Positions 10,038 to 19,082 of a stretch of DNA of 64,000 bases are shown here, one piece after another (the stretch's first letter is position 1; every line of letters begins with the position of its first letter). The notes under the pieces were generated by a model. The model saw only the letters and a list, made by a program, of their open reading frames with translations, searched no databases and was not told the DNA's origin. The DNA comes from Candidatus Omnitrophota bacterium (GTDB taxonomy: Bacteria; Omnitrophota; Gorgyraeia; JABMRN01; RBG-13-46-9). Position numbers and translations under genes: made by a program. The DNA lies in contig JBDRHE010000085.1 of the NCBI GenBank assembly GCA_043817155.1, positions 1,464 to 65,463 on the forward strand. The letters are read 5' to 3'.

Positions 10038-12680
10038 ATGGATTTAATAGTTACTCATAATAACGCCGATTTCGATGCATTCAGTTCGCTGGTAGCGGCG
10101 CAAAGGCTCTATCCTGGGGCAAGGCTTCTCATGCCCGGTTCGCAGGAGAGGGCAGTAAGGGAGTTCTTGTCTCTAGTCGGGGACAAGATAAAGATAGAAT
10201 CGGAGAGGACATGTGATCTAAGAGATGTAAAACGCCTCGTACTCGTTGACACAAGGCATAGATCCAGGATAGGCGTGGCGGCTACGATCGTAGATAAGCC
10301 ATCCGTGGAAGTGCATATATACGACCACCACCCGAGAAACCAGAGCGATATTAAGGGGGACAAAGATGTTTTCCGGGAGATAGGGGCTACCGTCTCGATG
10401 CTAATCGATATATTGCGCAGCAAGAACAAGGCGAAGTTTACGGCACTTGAGGCTACAATAATGTTGCTTGGAATATATGAAGAGACCGGTTCCCTGACCT
10501 ATAGAACGACCACACGGTCGGATGTTGATGCCGTTAGCTTTCTGCTTTCCAGGGGCGCGAATCTACAGGCTGTATCGTCGTATCTAAATAGAAAGTTAAC
10601 TGAAGAGGAGCTTACCTTCCTTACCACTCTTATAAGCGGGACGAAGGTGCTTGCTATAAACGGCGTAAATGTCGCCATAGCGCATGGGGAGATAAAGCGT
10701 TTTTTAGGTGAACTTGGCACGATCGTGAGGAAGCTACAGGATGTCGAGAATTTTCCGGTGCTCTTCGTACTCTTCAAAACAGGCAATAAACTACGTATCA
10801 TTGCGCGCAGTCGATTGAAAGAGGTTGACGTTAACAGGATCCTTAAGCAATTCGGCGGTGGTGGGCACAGGAGCGCGGCAAGTGCCAAGATCGAAGGGAT
10901 GGATGCCGAATCCTTCACAGAGCGGCTGGTCACTATCCTTAAGTCCAGCATTAAGACAAGGAGTTTAGCAAGAGATATAATGAGCTCTCCGGTTAAGACC
11001 ATATCCTCTGACAGGAAGATAATTGACGCAAGTGAGATGTTGGGTAGACTCAAGATGAAGGGGATGCCGGTTATGGAGAACAAGAGCCTCGTAGGTGTGA
11101 TCACAACTAGCGATATAAATAAGGCGTTAAAACACCACTATGAGCATGCTCCGGTTAAAGGTTATATGACGCGTACAGTATTAACGATAAGACCAAATAC
11201 GCCTCTACACCAAATACAGAAGACAATGTTCGAAGAGGGTGTAGGCAGACTTCCGGTAGTTCGGGGTAAAACACTCGTTGGGATAGTTACCCGCACAGAT
11301 GTTCTAAAGAGTGTCCACAGGGATATATTTAAAGGAGCGAGGAGGCGCAAGACACGGGGTGATAGGATGAGCTTATCGCGCGAGATGAAGAGGGTCCTGC
11401 CAAAAAAGATGCTTAACATCCTGCAGTCTATAGGCAGGTGCGCTAATAACATTGGGTACAGGGTCTTTGTTGTAGGTGGTTTTGTGAGAGATATGCTCCT
11501 GGGAGCGAAGAATTTCGATATCGATGTGGTTGTGGAAGGTGATGCTATTCTATTTGGCAGAAAGATAGCAGATCTATTCAATGGAAGTTTTGTCGCTTTT
11601 AAAAAGTTTGGGACGTCCAAGGTCGTTATGGATTGGCCAAGCGGGATGTGCAAAACAAGCGGCTCGGGCCCAAAATTTAAAATGGACTTTGCAACTGCGA
11701 GGAAGGAATCATACGAGAAACCGGCGGCGCTGCCTACGGTGGAGTTCAGCCTGCTTAAAGATGATATGCATAGGCGCGATTTTACAATAAACGCCATGGC
11801 AATCAGTCTCAATAAAGGCAGTTTTGGTCAGCTGATAGATTTCTTTGGCGGCGAAAGGGATCTGGAGAATGGTGTTATAAGGGTTCTTCATGACGGAAGT
11901 TTCATCGATGATCCCACGCGCATATTCAGGGCTGTGAGATTTGAGCAGAGGTTCGGGTTTCCGATAGATAGGTATACCGGCTTGCTAATTAAGAATGCGG
12001 TAAAAGAAGAGATGTTCAGCAAAACGCAAAACCATAGGATCAGCGATGAACTTGTATTGATTTTAAGGGAAGACAGCCCGGCCAAGGCAATAAAGCGCAT
12101 GAAAGAGCTCCATGAGTTAAGATTTATCCACAAGAAATTGAAGTTCACAAGATCTACGGGGCGATTATTCAGTAAGGTAAAAAGTTCATTTTATGCGTAT
12201 GATAAGAGCCCGTTTAAAAAGAGACACGTCGATTTATGGCTTATGTACTTGATGGCACTACTGCAGAATATGAGCCTGAAGGATACAAGAGAGATATGTG
12301 ATAAATTTGCTTTCAGGAGGAGCGACAAGCTGAGGCTTTTATCAGCCAAGAAGAATTGCAAAAAGATACGAAGGCTTCTCGCCGCTAAAAGAGTGCCGCC
12401 GGCAAAGGTTTATGGTTTGCTCGAACCCCTCTCTCTGGAGGAGATATTGCTGGTAAGAGCGCAAACAGATAGCAGGTTATTGCATTTGAGGATAAGGGAG
12501 TATTTCGAAAAGCATTGTGGTGTCGCGATAAGGATGGGTGGCGAAGATCTAAAACGTATGGGCCTTGAGCCCGGTCCAATGTACAAAGAGATCCTGACAA
12601 AGGTATTGCATCATAAGGTTGATGGAAATCTCAGAACGAAACGCGAAGAGCTGCAATACGCTAAGAGACTTATAAAATGA
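10038..12680 (+). CDS. multidomain DHH-DHHA1 / tandem CBS / CCA-adding tRNA nucleotidyltransferase (PolyA polymerase family) fusion protein
   Basis: Start probably ATG 10038 (MDLIVTHNNADFDAF); the ORF track extends to 9987. DHH (YDHHPRN) and DHHA1 (GGGGH) motifs, two CBS domains, then nucleotidyltransferase head GGFVRDMLLG..DIDVVV. Confidence 0.85.
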   Translation: MDLIVTHNNADFDAFSSLVAAQRLYPGARLLMPGSQERAVREFLSLVGDKIKIESERTCDLRDVKRLVLVDTRHRSRIGVAATIVDKPSVEVHIYDHHPRNQSDIKGDKDVFREIGATVSMLIDILRSKNKAKFTALEATIMLLGIYEETGSLTYRTTTRSDVDAVSFLLSRGANLQAVSSYLNRKLTEEELTFLTTLISGTKVLAINGVNVAIAHGEIKRFLGELGTIVRKLQDVENFPVLFVLFKTGNKLRIIARSRLKEVDVNRILKQFGGGGHRSAASAKIEGMDAESFTERLVTILKSSIKTRSLARDIMSSPVKTISSDRKIIDASEMLGRLKMKGMPVMENKSLVGVITTSDINKALKHHYEHAPVKGYMTRTVLTIRPNTPLHQIQKTMFEEGVGRLPVVRGKTLVGIVTRTDVLKSVHRDIFKGARRRKTRGDRMSLSREMKRVLPKKMLNILQSIGRCANNIGYRVFVVGGFVRDMLLGAKNFDIDVVVEGDAILFGRKIADLFNGSFVAFKKFGTSKVVMDWPSGMCKTSGSGPKFKMDFATARKESYEKPAALPTVEFSLLKDDMHRRDFTINAMAISLNKGSFGQLIDFFGGERDLENGVIRVLHDGSFIDDPTRIFRAVRFEQRFGFPIDRYTGLLIKNAVKEEMFSKTQNHRISDELVLILREDSPAKAIKRMKELHELRFIHKKLKFTRSTGRLFSKVKSSFYAYDKSPFKKRHVDLWLMYLMALLQNMSLKDTREICDKFAFRRSDKLRLLSAKKNCKKIRRLLAAKRVPPAKVYGLLEPLSLEEILLVRAQTDSRLLHLRIREYFEKHCGVAIRMGGEDLKRMGLEPGPMYKEILTKVLHHKVDGNLRTKREELQYAKRLIK

Positions 12681-12931
12681 TCCACGCAGGTGTTTTAAAG
12701 GTAGGTTTTGAGATCCCGGAGAGCGCGTCGCTGAAAGATGAGATACGGCGCCTCTTTAATGTCTCGGTTTCAGAAGTAGCAAATCACGATAAATGGCAGA
12801 TGTCCACGTTTGGCATTTCATCGATATCGAACGATAAGAAACATATAGATTCCTCGTTTAGCAAGGTGAAGAATTATTTTGATAGAGAACGAAATAATGT
12901 CATTGTAAACTACCAGATGGAGATTTTATGA
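12677..12931 (+). CDS. DUF503 (YlxP-like) protein
   Basis: 84 aa; LKVGFEIPESASLKDEIRRL pattern of YlxP/DUF503, usually encoded next to rbfA in nusA-infB-rbfA clusters. Confidence 0.55.
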   Translation: MIHAGVLKVGFEIPESASLKDEIRRLFNVSVSEVANHDKWQMSTFGISSISNDKKHIDSSFSKVKNYFDRERNNVIVNYQMEIL

Positions 12932-13311
12932 GCAGAAGAACCGAAAGGGTGGCGGAAGCCATAAGGCGTATTACAGGCGAGCTAGTGCAGGGTGGGCTAA
13001 GGGACCCTCGCCTCGAAGGACTTATAACGGTAACAAAAGTGGAGGTGGCGCCTAATCTCAGGTATGCAAAGATCTTCTATAGCTTCCTGGGTGAAGATAA
13101 GAAGAAGCCGCGGGTTGCGAAGGGCTTAAAGAGCGCCAAGAATTATATCCGGAAACATATTGCCGAAGAACTGAAGCTCCGGTATGCGCCGGATATCGTC
13201 TTTGAAACGGATAGTAGCATGGAATATGCGAAACGCATAGATACTATTCTAAACAAATTACACGATGAGGAGAAAGATGAAAGCGATAGACAGGATAATA
13301 GGGGCGCTTAA
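12928..13311 (+). CDS. rbfA: ribosome-binding factor A
   Basis: 127 aa; RVAEAIRRITGELVQ...DPRLEGLITVTKVEVAPNLRYAKIFYS, a classical RbfA KH-like sequence. Confidence 0.85.
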   Translation: MSRRTERVAEAIRRITGELVQGGLRDPRLEGLITVTKVEVAPNLRYAKIFYSFLGEDKKKPRVAKGLKSAKNYIRKHIAEELKLRYAPDIVFETDSSMEYAKRIDTILNKLHDEEKDESDRQDNRGA

Positions 13312-14248
13312 AAGTTCCAAGAGGTCTGTGATAACTGCACATGTTAACCTGGAAGGCGACTCCCTGGGCAGTCAGCTGGCAATGGCAAATCTGCTGAAGT
13401 GCTTGGGTAAAAAGCCTGTTATCATTGACGATGATGAAGTACCGGAAATATACAGATTTTTGCCCGGGGCAAAGCTCGTTCGACACGTGTCCGATTACAA
13501 TAATGAAAAATTCGATACTGCCATCGTTCTCGATTGCCCGAATCTTCGAAGAACCGGAAGGGTGAAGGGTATCGTTGAGAAGGCCAAACAGGTGATCAAT
13601 ATAGACCATCATGTAAGCAACGAGGGTTTCGGAAATCTTATATGGGTGGAGAAGAACGCCAGTTCCGTGGGCGAAATGATCTATACGCTATTCAAAGAGC
13701 TATCGTGTGAGATCACAAAAGAGACGGCGCTATATTTGTACATATCCATTCTTACGGATACGGGGTCATTTAATTACAGCAATACGTCAGGCGCGACACA
13801 CCGGATTGTTAGCGAATTGCTGGGTTGCGGCATTGAGCCGTACGAAGTATCGAAGAGAGTCTATGAAAACAAGACGCTAGGAGAGATAAGGTTGCTGGCA
13901 AAGGTTCTGTCGGGACTCAATGTAACCGCGGACGGCAGGATTGCATATATCGCTGTTCGGAAGGAAGACCTTGAACATACAAAAACAAGACCGGTTTCAT
14001 GCGAGAACTTTGTAAACTTCGCCCGCTCTATCAAAGGAGTGGAGGTGGCGGTTTTCTTCCGCGAAAATATTTCAAAAAAAGGTTTGCTAAACGTAAGTTT
14101 CAGATCCTCCGGGAATGTTGATGTTAATAATATAGCGGCATCATTTGGCGGGGGAGGGCATAAGAACGCCTCAGGTTGTGTTATTGAAGGGCAGTTTGAA
14201 GGTATCAAAAAGAGGGTGCTAAATAGGATATCCGATGAGTTCAAATGA
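13277..14248 (+). CDS. DHH-family phosphoesterase, NrnA-like (oligoribonuclease/pAp phosphatase)
   Basis: Start likely ATG 13277 (GAGGAG SD; MKAIDRIIGAL). DHH motif (NIDHHVSN), DHHA1 GGGGH; typical rbfA-nrnA-truB arrangement. Confidence 0.75.
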   Translation: MKAIDRIIGALKSSKRSVITAHVNLEGDSLGSQLAMANLLKCLGKKPVIIDDDEVPEIYRFLPGAKLVRHVSDYNNEKFDTAIVLDCPNLRRTGRVKGIVEKAKQVINIDHHVSNEGFGNLIWVEKNASSVGEMIYTLFKELSCEITKETALYLYISILTDTGSFNYSNTSGATHRIVSELLGCGIEPYEVSKRVYENKTLGEIRLLAKVLSGLNVTADGRIAYIAVRKEDLEHTKTRPVSCENFVNFARSIKGVEVAVFFRENISKKGLLNVSFRSSGNVDVNNIAASFGGGGHKNASGCVIEGQFEGIKKRVLNRISDEFK

Positions 14249-14924
14249 TGAAAGATGCGGAATCGTCCTTATCGACAAGCCGCATGGGCTTACCAGCCAC
14301 GATGTTGTGGATCTTATAAGAAGGAAACTTAAGATCAGGAAAGTGGGACATGCAGGTACGCTTGACCCAATGGCAACCGGCCTCTTGATAATTCTTTTGG
14401 GCAGATATACGAAGAAGTCGGATACTTTTTTAAATTATGATAAGGAGTACGTCGCGAGAATGATGCTCGGCGTGTCTACGGATACCGGGGATAAAGAGGG
14501 CAGAACTATAAGAGAGAGCGATATCTCGTCTTACAGGGAGCGCATTGATGATATGGAGGAGGTATTTGCTTCGTTTAAAGGGTCTATTCAACAAATCCCT
14601 CCAATGTACTCTGCCAAAAAGCTTAAAGGAAAGAAACTCTACGAGCTTGCCAGAAAAGGGATAGTGGTGGAAAGGCAGCCCCGGACCGTACAAATAAAGG
14701 ATATCGTCATGATCGAAGATGCTCTCCCGCACGTGACCTTTCGCGTTCGGTGCTCAAAAGGGACCTACATAAGACAGCTGGCGCACGATATTGGCGAGAA
14801 GGTAGGATGTGGGGCGCACCTGGTATCCTTGAAGAGAACAGAGATCGGCCCTTATGGCCTTGATGCGGCCATTCCGGCAGGGTCAGATGAAAGAGTATTG
14901 CATGAGAACATTTTACAAGCTTAA
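14235..14924 (+). CDS. truB: tRNA pseudouridine(55) synthase
   Basis: 229 aa; GIVLIDKPHGLTSHDVV...KVGHAGTLDPMATGLL with catalytic Asp motif. Confidence 0.9.
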   Translation: MSSNDERCGIVLIDKPHGLTSHDVVDLIRRKLKIRKVGHAGTLDPMATGLLIILLGRYTKKSDTFLNYDKEYVARMMLGVSTDTGDKEGRTIRESDISSYRERIDDMEEVFASFKGSIQQIPPMYSAKKLKGKKLYELARKGIVVERQPRTVQIKDIVMIEDALPHVTFRVRCSKGTYIRQLAHDIGEKVGCGAHLVSLKRTEIGPYGLDAAIPAGSDERVLHENILQA

Positions 14925-15846
14925 TGACTTCCTCAAGTTCGTGCCTTCATCTTATAAATGCGTAGCTACAATTGGGGTTTTTGACGGCGTACACCTGGCA
15001 CATCAGAAGATCGTGAGAAGGGTTATGGGGGTAGCAAAGATGGATAATATAAAAACTCTCGTAATAACCTTTAATCCACACCCGACAAACGTGTTAAATA
15101 AGAGCATAAAAGTTCCGCTTCTTATTTCGCTGAAACACAGGCTGCGTCTTTTTGATGAGACAGGAATAGATTATGCTCTTGTCCTGCAATTTAATAAGCG
15201 TTTTGCAAGGATGCAGCCGGGGGACTTCATAAAAAAGGTGTTGGGAAGAATGCATTTGTGCGAGTTAATAGTCGGAAGGAATTTCTTATTTGGCAATAAA
15301 AAGAGAGGGACGTTTGCGGACCTGGTAAGGTTCTCAAAGGATCATGACTTTAAGATAAGTGCAGTGGGCACGTATAGAAGTTCCGGGAAGGCCATATCGA
15401 GTACACGAATTCGCCGGCTTATCCTGAATGGAGAGCTCAAAAGGGCGTCGAAACTGCTATCAAGGGCCGTGACCGTGCTGGGCACGGTGGTGAAAGGGTA
15501 TAAGAGAGGCAGGCTCATAGGATTTCGCACAGCCAATATCGACCCTCATCACGAAGCGATACCACCCTCAGGTGTCTATGCCGTCAGGATAAGATTTGAA
15601 GGGAAGAGACTTAAAGGCATCCTAAATATAGGCGTAAAGCCCACGTTTAACGATAGCAATAAGAAGATCGACCCGACCATAGAGGTCCACATCTTCAATT
15701 TCAATAAAGTAATATATGGGAAAGACTTGGAGATTGAATTTGTAAGGAGAATAAGGGGGGAGAGGAGATTCAAAGACGCTCATTCTCTTAGGTTGCAGAT
15801 TGAGCGGGATGAAGAGCTCTCAAAAAATATACTCTCTTTTCGCTAA
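14902..15846 (+). CDS. ribF: bifunctional riboflavin kinase / FMN adenylyltransferase
   Basis: ATIGVFDGVHLAHQ adenylyltransferase motif; C-terminal flavokinase domain (GFRTANI...E.HI). Start ambiguous (ATG 14854, 14887 or 14902); overlaps the truB 3' end. Confidence 0.8.
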   Translation: MRTFYKLNDFLKFVPSSYKCVATIGVFDGVHLAHQKIVRRVMGVAKMDNIKTLVITFNPHPTNVLNKSIKVPLLISLKHRLRLFDETGIDYALVLQFNKRFARMQPGDFIKKVLGRMHLCELIVGRNFLFGNKKRGTFADLVRFSKDHDFKISAVGTYRSSGKAISSTRIRRLILNGELKRASKLLSRAVTVLGTVVKGYKRGRLIGFRTANIDPHHEAIPPSGVYAVRIRFEGKRLKGILNIGVKPTFNDSNKKIDPTIEVHIFNFNKVIYGKDLEIEFVRRIRGERRFKDAHSLRLQIERDEELSKNILSFR

Positions 15847-16004
15847 CGCTATATAGAAAGAGTTAAGAGAAAAAGCATTTACCCCATTAGATCCCTTTTA
15901 AGCCATTTCTTCTTGCGATGCATACATTTAGGCCAACATATATAAAATAATTATCTAACGGGGTTTACAAATCGCCACATTTGTGGTAGTATAGCAACAC
16001 TATA

Positions 16005-16301
16005 ATGTTACAAACCAAGGAGGAGATAGCTGTGGTATTAGCTAAGGAAAAGAAAAAGAATATCTTAGAGACGTATAAGCATCACGAGAAGGATACAGGC
16101 TCAGCCGCTGTTCAGGTGGCGCTAATAACTGAAAGGGTTAATTCGCTTGCCGATCATTTCAAAGCGCACAAAAAGGATTTTCAGTCGAGGCGTGGCCTTT
16201 TAAGGCTTGTAAGCCAGAGGCGCAGGTTAATGGACTACTTAAAGCGTCGCAGTAGAGCTGAATACGATTCCCTCTTGAAGAAGCTTAATTTACGTAAATA
16301 G
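16005..16301 (+). CDS. rpsO: 30S ribosomal protein S15
   Basis: DTGSAAVQVALITERVNSLADHFKAHKKDFQSRRGLLRLVSQRRRLMDYL; textbook S15, upstream of pnp. Confidence 0.85.
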   Translation: MLQTKEEIAVVLAKEKKKNILETYKHHEKDTGSAAVQVALITERVNSLADHFKAHKKDFQSRRGLLRLVSQRRRLMDYLKRRSRAEYDSLLKKLNLRK

Positions 16302-16333
16302 ATCAAGGTCGATACTGGGTGATTCTACATTAT

Positions 16334-16367
16334 GCACTTATGATGAGCTAAGCACCTTCATAAGTGC
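16334..16367 (+). promoter_or_regulatory. rpsO-pnp intergenic stem-loop (rpsO terminator / pnp leader processing hairpin)
   Basis: GCACTTATGA-N14-TCATAAGTGC 10-bp stem followed by a T-rich tract, between rpsO and pnp. In well-studied bacteria this position holds the RNase III-cleaved pnp leader hairpin. Confidence 0.5.
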
Positions 16368-16394
16368 AGTCTTATTAAGAAAGGAAGTTAAGAA

Positions 16395-18494
16395 ATGATA
16401 CAACGTGTTACTAAAATGATAGACAAGAACGAATTAATCATCGAAACCGGGAGGATCGCAAAACAGGCGGACGCTGCAGTTACTGTACAAATGGGCGATA
16501 CAGTTGTGCTTGTCACCTGCGTATGTTCCAAGGGAGTGAGGACAGGCATAGACTACCTTCCATTGATGGTCGAATACAGGGAGAAGACTTACGCTGCCGG
16601 AAAGATACCCGGAGGCTTCTTCAAGAGAGAGGGCAGGCCATCCGAAAAAGAGATCTTAACAGCCAGGCTCATTGATAGGCCCATAAGACCCCTTTTCCCT
16701 GAGGATATGATCAATGACATACAGGTGGTCTCTATGGTACTCTCGAGCGACGGGGAGAATGATTCAGACATACTGGCAGTGATCGGGGCATCGTGCGCGC
16801 TCTCAATTTCCGACATACCGTTTGATGGCCCTATAGGCTGCGTTCGCATCGGGATGATTGATGATAAGTTCGTTATTAATCCAACGTTTCAGGAAATGGA
16901 GATGAGTGCGCTGGATCTAGTCATTGCGGATCACAAGGGCAAGACCATCATGATAGAAGCTGGCGGGAAGGAATTGACCGAAGAAAAGATCGAAGAGGGT
17001 TTCGATTATGCGCAAAAGTATCTGAAAGAGATAGCTGGCTTGCAGAGCGAATTGGTCGCAAAGTGCGGGAAGAAGAAGCGTGAAGATATAGTGATAAGAA
17101 GAGCCGGTGAGGAACTGCTCCTTAAAGTAAAAGAGGCTTCGCAAGACAGGCTAAACGAGATCAATAAGCTGAGCCTGAAAGATCAGAGGGAAGAGGCTCT
17201 CACCATGCTGACCAAGGAGCTTGTTGAGAAATTTGTTACGAAAGAGGGCTCTGTTGAGACGTGGGAGGTTAAGTCTGCCCTTGATTCTCTCGAGAAGGAA
17301 GTGGTAAGAAGCCACATGTTAAAGAGCGACAAAAGGATCGATTCAAGGACATATAAAGATATCCGGCCTATAGAATGCAGCGCAGGTTTTTTGCCGCGTA
17401 CTCACGGATCAGGGTTATTCACCAGGGGTCAGACGCAAGCTCTTTGCGTAACTACATTAGGAACGAGCGCCGATGAGCAGAGGATAGATGCTTTAGAAGG
17501 GGAGACACAAAAATCCTTTATGTTGCATTACAACTTTCCATCATTTAGCGTGGGCGAGGTAAAACCTTTCAGGGGACCGGGTCGTCGGGAGATCGGACAT
17601 GGTGCTCTTGCGGAAAAAGCCTTAAAGCCTGTTATGCCTTCCGGGGAGACATTTCCCTATACCGTCAGGATAGTTTCAGATATACTTGAATCGAATGGCT
17701 CAAGCTCCATGGCCTCCGCGTGCGCTGCGTCCATCTCCTTGATGGATGCCGGTGTCCCGATCAAATCGTCGGTCGCCGGGATCGCTATAGGACTTGTATC
17801 GAAGGGAGATCAGCGCGTGTTCCTGACCGACATAGCAGGCCTCGAAGATCATTATGGAGATATGGATTTTAAGGTTGCCGGCACAAGGAACGGGATCACA
17901 GCTATACAAATGGATCTTAAGATCAAGGGCCTGGATAAAGAGGGGCTTAAGGAAGCCCTAAGCATGGCCAGGGAAGCCCGTTTTAAAGTGCTTGATATAA
18001 TGGATGGCGTTATATCGACACCGAAGGAGAGTATTTCGGATTTTGCACCTCGCATTGTCAATCTTAAGGTTAACCCTGAGAAGATCAAGGATATCATAGG
18101 GCCCGGTGGTAAAATCATCAAGAAGATCATACGCGATTACGGCGTTACTGTTGATGTTGATGATGACGGCAGCGTCCAAGTTGCATCAAACGATGAGAAA
18201 GCTATACAGGCCGCTATTGATGTTATAAAGGGGCTTACCGCTTCTGTTGAAGTGGGGAAGATATATTCGGGTACGATCACGCGTATAATGAATTTCGGAG
18301 CTTTTTGCGAGATCCTTCCCGGGAAAGAGGGGCTTATCCATGTGTCGGAACTTGCAAACAAATTTGTTAAAGAGGTGACACAAGAAGTAAATGTCGGAGA
18401 TAAGGTAAATGTTAAAGTAATTGAGATCGATCAACAGGGTAGGGTCAACTTAAGCAAGAAACAGGCGGAGGCGACAGAGGGTGATCCCAGTTAG
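16395..18494 (+). CDS. pnp: polynucleotide phosphorylase
   Basis: 699 aa; two RNase PH domains, then KH and S1 domains (GKIYSGTITRIMNFGAFCEI). Confidence 0.95.
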   Translation: MIQRVTKMIDKNELIIETGRIAKQADAAVTVQMGDTVVLVTCVCSKGVRTGIDYLPLMVEYREKTYAAGKIPGGFFKREGRPSEKEILTARLIDRPIRPLFPEDMINDIQVVSMVLSSDGENDSDILAVIGASCALSISDIPFDGPIGCVRIGMIDDKFVINPTFQEMEMSALDLVIADHKGKTIMIEAGGKELTEEKIEEGFDYAQKYLKEIAGLQSELVAKCGKKKREDIVIRRAGEELLLKVKEASQDRLNEINKLSLKDQREEALTMLTKELVEKFVTKEGSVETWEVKSALDSLEKEVVRSHMLKSDKRIDSRTYKDIRPIECSAGFLPRTHGSGLFTRGQTQALCVTTLGTSADEQRIDALEGETQKSFMLHYNFPSFSVGEVKPFRGPGRREIGHGALAEKALKPVMPSGETFPYTVRIVSDILESNGSSSMASACAASISLMDAGVPIKSSVAGIAIGLVSKGDQRVFLTDIAGLEDHYGDMDFKVAGTRNGITAIQMDLKIKGLDKEGLKEALSMAREARFKVLDIMDGVISTPKESISDFAPRIVNLKVNPEKIKDIIGPGGKIIKKIIRDYGVTVDVDDDGSVQVASNDEKAIQAAIDVIKGLTASVEVGKIYSGTITRIMNFGAFCEILPGKEGLIHVSELANKFVKEVTQEVNVGDKVNVKVIEIDQQGRVNLSKKQAEATEGDPS

Positions 18495-18539
18495 ATCCAG
18501 GATGGATTGGCGGGAAAACACAACTTAGAAAGAGATCTA
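18481..18539. repeat. ~57-nt repeat overlapping the pnp stop codon (second copy at 23605..23661 overlapping the rimO stop)
   Basis: Copy 1: GTGATCCCAGTTAGATCCAGGATGGATTGGCGGGAAAACACAACTTAGAAAGAGATCTA. Copy 2: GTGATCCCCGTCAGATCCAGGATGGATTGGCGGGAAGACATGACCTAGAAAGGATCTA. AGATCC...GGATCT terminal inverted repeat. Confidence 0.7.
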
Positions 18540-18604
18540 CGGGGGTGATGCCCGTAAGATCCATATATGGATCGTTTAGACTATAATATTAAAAAGGATC
18601 TAAC

Positions 18605-19057
18605 GTGGTGAAGACCATAAGAGTAGACATAAAGAGGGAAGATCACGCCAAGGATCTGCCCCTTCCACGCTATATAACTGCCGGCTCAAGCGGCATGGAT
18701 CTTTACGCCGATGTAAAGGGCGTGCTTATGATCGGACCGGGCGAGATAAAGCTGGTCTCCTGCGGAATATACCTGAGTATTCCAGAAGGGTTCGAAGCTG
18801 AGATCAGACCGAGAAGCGGTCTTGCGCTGAAGCACGGTATTACACTTGTTAATACGCCAGGCACGATTGACAGCGATTATCGAGGACTGATCAGCCTGAT
18901 CATGACAAACTTGGGGCGCGAGCCATTTAAGGTCAAAAGAGGCGACAGGGTTGCGCAGATGATAATAAAAGAGACGATCCGAGCTCATCTTGTCGAACAG
19001 GACGATCTTGACCGGACCGTAAGGTCACAAGGTGGTTTTGGCCATACCGGAACATAA
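18605..19057 (+). CDS. dut: dUTP diphosphatase
   Basis: 150 aa; AGSSGMDL, RPRSGLALKHGI, GTIDSDYRG dUTPase motifs. Confidence 0.85.
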   Translation: MVKTIRVDIKREDHAKDLPLPRYITAGSSGMDLYADVKGVLMIGPGEIKLVSCGIYLSIPEGFEAEIRPRSGLALKHGITLVNTPGTIDSDYRGLISLIMTNLGREPFKVKRGDRVAQMIIKETIRAHLVEQDDLDRTVRSQGGFGHTGT

Positions 19058-19082
19058 ATCTAAATAAATACCCGTCACTATA

